From an uncultured bacterium (GTDB taxonomy: Bacteria; Babelota; Babeliae; Babelales; Vermiphilaceae), in assembly GCA_963702025.1 (NCBI GenBank), contig OY969699.1:544001-608000 (forward strand): 64,000 nucleotides of DNA, read 5' to 3'. Shown here piece after piece: positions 57,840-64,000 of this stretch (position 1 is its first letter; each line of letters starts with the position of its first letter). The notes beneath the pieces are model-generated. The model did not search any database, was not told where the DNA came from, and saw nothing but the letters and a program-made list of their open reading frames with translations. Made by a program: the position numbers and the translations under genes.

Positions 57840-58370
57840 ATGAAGAAAAAAATAACTATTTTTACTATAGGCCATTCAACGCATACCATTGACGATTTTG
57901 TTACGATTTTGCGTGCGCATAACATTCAGCAAGTTATCGATGTTCGCACTATACCAAAATCACGCCATAACCCACAGTTTAATCAAGCAGTAGTGCGGCA
58001 AGATTTAAAAAATAGGCGTATTGCTTATCGCCATATGAAAGGTCTTGGCGGATTGCGCCATGCGCACAAAGATTCAATAAATCAAGGATGGCACAATGCT
58101 TCATTTCGTGGTTTTGCTGATTATATGCAAACCGACGAGTTTAAAAAAAATATTGAAAAACTCATTGCTTACGCGAGAAAAAAAAGAGTAGCAATTATGT
58201 GTGCCGAAGCGGTGCCGTGGCGATGCCATCGTTCATTAATTGGTGATGCATTATTGGTTCGTGGAGTTAATGTTGAAGATATCATAAGTAAATCTGAAAC
58301 AAAGCCGCATACCTTAACTCCATGGGCACGAGTAAAAGGTGCTGCTATCATCTATCCTGAAGAAAATTAA
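57840..58370 (+). CDS. DUF488 family protein
   Basis: IFTIGHS, DVRTIPKSR and MCAEAVPWRCHRSLI motifs. Confidence 0.9.
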   Translation: MKKKITIFTIGHSTHTIDDFVTILRAHNIQQVIDVRTIPKSRHNPQFNQAVVRQDLKNRRIAYRHMKGLGGLRHAHKDSINQGWHNASFRGFADYMQTDEFKKNIEKLIAYARKKRVAIMCAEAVPWRCHRSLIGDALLVRGVNVEDIISKSETKPHTLTPWARVKGAAIIYPEEN

Positions 58371-58379
58371 GGAATAGAT

Positions 58380-58895
58380 ATGGAATTGAGATTTCATAAA
58401 GAACTGTTTTTCTTGATACTTTCCTTTTTCCCAACCGTCGGCATGAGTAGCAAAGACAAAGTGCTCGCGTTACTCTTAAAAAATGCCACACAAGGATCTT
58501 TGGGTATTAAATTGCATAATTCACAGATTCTGTCTCGCGAAAAAGCACAGTACGATAAAACAACAGATATTGCGTATCAAAAAATTCATTTATCTTGGCA
58601 TGAATTTGCTGAAGATGTTCAGACAATCCATTTTTCGTTGATTGAGCCAAATGATCAGGAAGAAAAAGCACCCATTAATATATCAGTTATTTTTTTTCGT
58701 AAATTCCTTTTGCAATCTCGAAATGACAGCCAAAAGTTGCGCATGCATGTTATGAATACAAAGGGCCCTCGAGATTTTAACAGTTTTGATATACCCATAT
58801 CAGAATCTGATGAAACTCGCTCGGCCCTCGAGCTTTTTGTTGATGGCCCACATCTAGATATGGCCAAAATTAAGGTTCAGCTGACATCAGAATAA
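58380..58895 (+). CDS. Secreted hypothetical protein
   Basis: Signal-like N-terminus TVG-MSSK, AGGA RBS. Confidence 0.6.
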   Translation: MELRFHKELFFLILSFFPTVGMSSKDKVLALLLKNATQGSLGIKLHNSQILSREKAQYDKTTDIAYQKIHLSWHEFAEDVQTIHFSLIEPNDQEEKAPINISVIFFRKFLLQSRNDSQKLRMHVMNTKGPRDFNSFDIPISESDETRSALELFVDGPHLDMAKIKVQLTSE

Positions 58896-58998
58896 TAAAA
58901 ACTCTTGCAAAACCATTTCCCTTTTTATATAATTACAATTAGAAATATATTTTAACTGACAGCAAGCCAATAAAGTGCTTAGCTAAAAGGGATTTTTT

Positions 58999-59559
58999 AT
59001 GAAGAGAGAAGCTGTTACTCACTGTTTATTTTCAATTGTTGCGCTTGTTTTGGGCGCATCAAGCTTTGCAATGGAAAAGCCGCGACCCACTAGTTTAAAA
59101 AAACCGAATGACATAGTGGTTACCATCGATAACACTACCGGCAAAAAGAACTATGTGTTAATCGGCAAAAAGAACTATGTGTTAATTCCAAAAAATTTTC
59201 CGCCAGATTATAGAGGTGGAGACAAAGTGTTGTTGGAGATTCCTGCGGGCCAGATTGCCAATACAGAAGTTGAATGGGCGTCACGTGTTCGAGGTCCTGC
59301 CACTACGGGTGTCTGGGAAATAGTGGATCAATCAAATAGGTCTCGTGAATTGATAGGCATGAGATTAACTTTTGGGGTTTTTGGAGAGAATGTTGAATTG
59401 AGCATAGCAGCCACCCAGATCGATGAAATAGCAACCATTCCTGTTGCAAAACAAGAAGATGCTACTTTTACTGTTGCTATAAAACTTAATAATGATGATC
59501 CTGCTCAAACAACAATTAAATTATCAACAACGATACACGAAAAAGAAAAACTAGAATAA
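58999..59559 (+). CDS. Secreted hypothetical protein
   Basis: Signal peptide SFA-MEKP. Internal 24-bp duplication. Confidence 0.7.
   Translation: MKREAVTHCLFSIVALVLGASSFAMEKPRPTSLKKPNDIVVTIDNTTGKKNYVLIGKKNYVLIPKNFPPDYRGGDKVLLEIPAGQIANTEVEWASRVRGPATTGVWEIVDQSNRSRELIGMRLTFGVFGENVELSIAATQIDEIATIPVAKQEDATFTVAIKLNNDDPAQTTIKLSTTIHEKEKLE
59139..59186 (+). repeat. Perfect 24-bp tandem duplication
   Basis: CGGCAAAAAGAACTATGTGTTAAT twice, encoding GKKNYVLI twice. Confidence 0.95.
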
Positions 59560-59583
59560 TTTTAGGAAATAAGGAAATATTCG

Positions 59584-60138
59584 ATGAATAATAATAAGAT
59601 GTTAAAAAATATTTTTGCCTCAATTCTCATTTTTTGCTTGCAGTGTAGCGCGATGGAACAGGGTCAAATTAGTCAACAATCAAGCTTTATGGCAACTATT
59701 GGATCAAATGATATTGCTGAGATTGAACAAGAATTGAAAGCGGGAATGAATCCCAATTTTGTTTTCTACGGCTATTCTCCCTTAACTTTAGCCGCAGATG
59801 ACGTTGCTGCTGATGATGCCGACGAAAAAGTAGTTGAATTACTTTTAAGATATAATGCGGACGTTAATATGCCTAATTGGGATACTATGACACCCTTAAT
59901 GTATGCTGCTAAAAGGGGCAATGCAAGCATGGTGCAATTACTATTGGCTCATAAAGCCAAAGTAAATATTGCAGATCAATTTAATAATACTGCGTTAACT
60001 TTTGCTGCACAAAATGGGGATAAAAAGATCTATAATATGTTAGTTGCAGCTGGTGCCACTCAAGATGCCAGAAGTAAGCAATTCCACCGAACGCCCCGGG
60101 AAATAATGCAAGAGCGGTCTGGCCGAAGTCGGGAATAA
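59584..60138 (+). CDS. Secreted ankyrin-repeat protein
   Basis: CSA-MEQG, TPLMYAA and TALTFAA. Confidence 0.88.
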   Translation: MNNNKMLKNIFASILIFCLQCSAMEQGQISQQSSFMATIGSNDIAEIEQELKAGMNPNFVFYGYSPLTLAADDVAADDADEKVVELLLRYNADVNMPNWDTMTPLMYAAKRGNASMVQLLLAHKAKVNIADQFNNTALTFAAQNGDKKIYNMLVAAGATQDARSKQFHRTPREIMQERSGRSRE

Positions 60139-60288
60139 GTTTTAACCCCTCTTCTTTGCCAGGTTAGTACAGGTTCAAATCTCTATATAATTTATATCTG
60201 AACTTATATATTCCAATTTGATAGACAAAATTGCATATTTTGCTATTATTAGGGAGAAATAGCAAGTTAACCCTAAAATGACGTTTTT

Positions 60289-61188
60289 ATGAAATATACC
60301 TATTTATTATCATTTTTGATGGCGACATGGCTTGTTTTGCCCGTAATTGCAATGGAAATGCCCGAAAAAGAGCTGGCGCAAAAAGAATTACATAATAATT
60401 CAACACAATTAGCGATCATCCAAGAATCACCTAAGAGCAGATTAAAAACAGAAGATGGTGAAGATCTTAATGAGCAACTTCTTCAGGCTGTCGGCAGGGG
60501 TACGGTAAAGGAAGTTCGAAAGCTCTTGGCTCGAGGTGCTGACGTTAATACAAGGAATAGTTGTAAGGACACGCCACTTTACATAGCGATAAAACGTGAC
60601 AATCCAGAAATCATTAAACTGTTATTAGAGCAACCTGATATTAAGGTGAACTTAAAAGGAGGATACTCCAATACTACGCCGCTTGTTGAAGCAGTTTATA
60701 ATAATAAGCAAGAAATAGTTAAATTGCTTCTTGCTAAACAAGACATTGATGTAAATATGCTTCCAGATTATTATCAATGGGCGCCGCTGTATTGCGCAGT
60801 AATGAATAATAATCTTGAAATAGCAAATCTGTTGCTTGTTCGACCTGATATTAATTTGAATAAAAAATCTTCATATGGTTTTCGTGCTCTTGATCGGGCT
60901 CTAATCAGAAATAATCCAAACATGATTAAGTTGCTTCTCAACCATCAATCAACACCACCGCAAGTAGCCGCCGCATTGCGAACATTGCATAAAGACGGAA
61001 GTACCTATTTTTCATGTTTACCACGGGATCTTATTGAGATGCTAATGCTCTATCATCGCACTTATAGCATTAGCAAAAAACAGGCAAAAAAGCCATTTAT
61101 ACAAAACAAAAAAATGAAAGAATTAATCGCATCGGAATTGGCAAAACGATCACAGGATAATAAAAAAGATAAGTGTATAATTTCATAA
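60289..61188 (+). CDS. Secreted ankyrin protein with C-terminal F-box-like motif and CaaX box
   Basis: VIA-MEMP, 5 ankyrin repeats, YFSCLPRDLIEML, C-terminus KKDKCIIS. Confidence 0.88.
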   Translation: MKYTYLLSFLMATWLVLPVIAMEMPEKELAQKELHNNSTQLAIIQESPKSRLKTEDGEDLNEQLLQAVGRGTVKEVRKLLARGADVNTRNSCKDTPLYIAIKRDNPEIIKLLLEQPDIKVNLKGGYSNTTPLVEAVYNNKQEIVKLLLAKQDIDVNMLPDYYQWAPLYCAVMNNNLEIANLLLVRPDINLNKKSSYGFRALDRALIRNNPNMIKLLLNHQSTPPQVAAALRTLHKDGSTYFSCLPRDLIEMLMLYHRTYSISKKQAKKPFIQNKKMKELIASELAKRSQDNKKDKCIIS

Positions 61189-61319
61189 ATACTTGTAGCG
61201 TCAAGACTGTTCAAGCCCGTCCCCATAAAATCGGCTAAATTGTTATAATTGCACCATTTTTAGTTTTGCCGTATTCTAAAATTCATATCGTCTTATTTTA
61301 ATCAAAGGTGCTGTTTACC

Positions 61320-63641
61320 ATGAAAATTTCCCTTTCTTGGCTTTTTGATCATATTGATGCTGATTGGCGCACAATCGATGTTGCTCAGTTGGTACGTTTG
61401 TTTAACAAAACCACTGCCGAGATTGAAGGATTTAGCACGCTCAAACTGGATCTTAAAAAAGTAGCTGCAGCACAGATAAAAACAATGAATGATCGCGCCA
61501 TTGTGGTTGATGTTCCTGAATGGAAGCAGACTATCGATATGCCACTGCGAGAAGGAATTGTAAAAGATCATATTTATTTGATTGCCAAAGATGGTGACGT
61601 CTATTCATGGGCCAAACTTTCCCATTTAGGTTCAGAAAAAGAAGGTCTGGTGCCGGCGTTGCATATTGCCCAAAAAGAGCTTGCTGGCGATTGGAAAAAA
61701 TTGATTGATGAGCATGATGTGATTCTTCACCTTGATAATAAATCAGTTAACCATCGCCCGGATATGTGGGGCCATCGTGGAGTAGCGCGCGAGGTTGCTG
61801 CGATGCTCAATCTACCGTTCAAAGCGATTGATCATCTTTTGGTGCCCCGTGACATAAAAGAATATGAAAAAAAATCAACGTTGGGCACAGAGCAGACCTT
61901 TACGGTTGCCGTGGAAAATCCTGCATCATGCAGACGCTTTACGGGGTTATATATTGAAAAAATTGATGCGGTTGCCAGTGTGCCCTGGATGGCGGCGCGG
62001 CTTGCAAGGGTTGATAGCAGACCAATCAATGCAATTGTTGACAGCACCAATTATGTGATGCTTGATATTAGCCAACCGATGCATGCATTTGATGCGGGCC
62101 ACTTAGCTGATAAATCGATAGTGGTGCGCAACGCAAAAAATAAAGAAACTATTACGGTGCTTGATGGGCAAACATTAGAATTGAGCGCTGATGATTGCGT
62201 GATAACTGATGGTAAAAAACCGATCGCTTTAGCCGGTATTATGGGTGGCAAAGAAAGCGGCGTGAGTTTCACCACGAAATCAATTTTACTTGAATCGGCC
62301 AATTTTGATCCGGCAGTGATTCGTAAAGCGGCGCTCCGATTAAAAAAGAGAACCGATTCTTCAGCCCGTTTTGAAAAAGATCTTGATCCTCATCAAACTG
62401 TTATAGCTATCGAGCGATTCTTACAATTAATTACCGATGCAAAAATTCCCATGACTGTTCAAGATCAGATTATTGCTATCGGCAAAACTGTTATGCAAAA
62501 AAAAGTGACCGTTTCTCATGTTTACATTGAACAACAACTTGGCGTGAGCATGGACCCACAATTTGTGACTCAAACATTACAAAAATTAGAATTTGCCGTT
62601 GAAAATAAAAATGGTGCATATCAGATTGTAATTCCCTCATTGCGTGCCACAAAAGATATTGGCATCAAACAGGATATTGTGGAAGAGGTTGGCCGCTTTT
62701 ATGGGTATGACAATATCCCCGAGCAATTGCCCGCGCGCATTGCGGCGCCATTTGATTTGACCGCTTTTAATAGATCCCGCCGCATCAAAAGGCTTTTGGC
62801 TTCAGCATGGAGCATGCAAGAAGTGTATACGTATGCTTTTTTTGATGAATCATTTTTGCATTCTTTAGGTTGGCAGCCGAACGCAACACTCAAAGTGCAG
62901 GAGGCCGTTTCAGAAAATTGGCAGCGCTTGGTTACCACGCTTGTTCCCAATCTTTTGAAGGCGGTTCACTCTCACGCGAGTGAATTTGATACGATGAACT
63001 TTTTTGAGTGGGCAAAAATCTGGCCATTGGGCACACCGGCAAGTGAACAATCGAGTTTAGCAGGTATTTTTGTTAATCAAAAAAAACCGGTCGATTTTTA
63101 CGAGATAAAACAAAAAATGTGCGCCATAGCAAAGATGTTGGGTGTTCATTTTGACTGGGTTCAAGTGCCGCCGGCGGAATTGCAGCCCTGGTATTTGCCG
63201 TTTCAGACTGCCTATTTGATGTGCCAAGGAAACAAGATTGGCATAGCAGGAAAAGCAAACCCGGCGATGCTTTCTAAAATAGTAACCGGTGACGCATTTA
63301 TTTTTGAATTGGATGGTAATTTTCTGCTTACGCATCATAAAGAAATTAAAAAATATGTGCCGGCCTCAAAATATCCGGCTATTTCTCGTGATGTGAGCAT
63401 GCTGATTCCATTAAGCATTACGGTGAAAGAGCTGCGAGATGGATTACAAGCAATCGATACAAAAATTACCGGCATTGATTTAGTTGATTTTTTCCACAAA
63501 GCTGAATGGCAGGATCAAAAATCATTAACCTTTAGAATCACGATGGCGGATCACACTGCAACGATGACCACGGCGCAAGCTGATGCCATTATGCACAAAG
63601 TTGACGCGTTTTTAAAAGAGCATAAAGCGGTGATCCGATAA
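61320..63641 (+). CDS. pheT: Phenylalanine--tRNA ligase beta subunit
   Basis: MKISLSWL, HRPDMWGHRGVARE, NYVML, PMHAFD, ALAGIMGG, DIVEEVGRFYGY and the FDX-ACB SLTFRI motif. Confidence 0.95.
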   Translation: MKISLSWLFDHIDADWRTIDVAQLVRLFNKTTAEIEGFSTLKLDLKKVAAAQIKTMNDRAIVVDVPEWKQTIDMPLREGIVKDHIYLIAKDGDVYSWAKLSHLGSEKEGLVPALHIAQKELAGDWKKLIDEHDVILHLDNKSVNHRPDMWGHRGVAREVAAMLNLPFKAIDHLLVPRDIKEYEKKSTLGTEQTFTVAVENPASCRRFTGLYIEKIDAVASVPWMAARLARVDSRPINAIVDSTNYVMLDISQPMHAFDAGHLADKSIVVRNAKNKETITVLDGQTLELSADDCVITDGKKPIALAGIMGGKESGVSFTTKSILLESANFDPAVIRKAALRLKKRTDSSARFEKDLDPHQTVIAIERFLQLITDAKIPMTVQDQIIAIGKTVMQKKVTVSHVYIEQQLGVSMDPQFVTQTLQKLEFAVENKNGAYQIVIPSLRATKDIGIKQDIVEEVGRFYGYDNIPEQLPARIAAPFDLTAFNRSRRIKRLLASAWSMQEVYTYAFFDESFLHSLGWQPNATLKVQEAVSENWQRLVTTLVPNLLKAVHSHASEFDTMNFFEWAKIWPLGTPASEQSSLAGIFVNQKKPVDFYEIKQKMCAIAKMLGVHFDWVQVPPAELQPWYLPFQTAYLMCQGNKIGIAGKANPAMLSKIVTGDAFIFELDGNFLLTHHKEIKKYVPASKYPAISRDVSMLIPLSITVKELRDGLQAIDTKITGIDLVDFFHKAEWQDQKSLTFRITMADHTATMTTAQADAIMHKVDAFLKEHKAVIR

Positions 63642-64000
63642 TGGACAAAAAAAAGCTATTCTATTTCTCTTTGGTTGGTATAGGTATAGCAATTATAGTC
63701 ATTGATAGAATCACCAAATCCTGGGCATTAGGATTAACAAAGCAAGAATTCCTGAATCCTTATATTTCATTCGGCCTCACTTTTAATCGCGGTATTAATT
63801 GGGGATTTTTTAGCGCGGAAAATAGTCTGCAATATGTTATCATTAATGGATTGATCGCGCTGGTGATTGTCGGCATGGTTTATTACACGTATCTTTGCTG
63901 GCGCCAACAGCAATCAATAGTGCCCAATGTGTTGGTGCTTGCCGGTGCCGTTTCAAATTATTACGATCGCATTACGCACGGCGGGGTGATAGATTTTATA
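63641..64000 (+). CDS. lspA: Lipoprotein signal peptidase II, 3' end outside the window
   Basis: Own translation from the TAATG overlap: IDRITK, FNRGINWG, GAVSNYYDR and GGVIDFI. Confidence 0.9.
   Translation, partial: MDKKKLFYFSLVGIGIAIIVIDRITKSWALGLTKQEFLNPYISFGLTFNRGINWGFFSAENSLQYVIINGLIALVIVGMVYYTYLCWRQQQSIVPNVLVLAGAVSNYYDRITHGGVIDFI

Noticed and set aside
60155..60190. GGTTCAAATC as a tRNA T-loop
   Set aside because: The flanks do not pair as a T-stem and no cloverleaf can be built.

Overview
This 64-kb AT-rich bacterial window looks like the chromosome of an intracellular parasite of protists. The gene mix points to Babelota/Dependentiae (TM6), which is an inference. Housekeeping genes (tkt, rpoD, dnaG, lgt, mnmG, mraY, tgt, murB, trhO, pheT, lspA, Ku/ATP-dependent ligase, an ABC exporter, bifunctional FBP aldolase/phosphatase) are interleaved with many orphan or eukaryote-like proteins carrying signal peptides. 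Five signals stand out. (1) About 22 unrelated signal-peptide proteins have Met (13 times Met-Glu) right after the predicted cleavage site, a candidate effector export or host-mimicry tag. (2) There is a host-ubiquitin toolkit: two tandem signal peptide-NLS-Skp1-LRR fusions, and ankyrin proteins with F-box/BC-box-like motifs and CaaX ends. (3) A dispersed family of covarying palindromic repeats with c-GNA-g mini-hairpins occurs at 8 loci. It forms doublets, nests inside itself, sits within a TIR-bounded MITE-like element, and is translated in frame inside transketolase. (4) There is a secreted pseudo-Nudix-NADAR fusion. (5) A Chlamydia-like TGT plus YhhQ suggests queuine salvage. No tRNA, rRNA, CRISPR array or transposase was recognised. 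All calls come from reading motifs by eye; no database searches were run.
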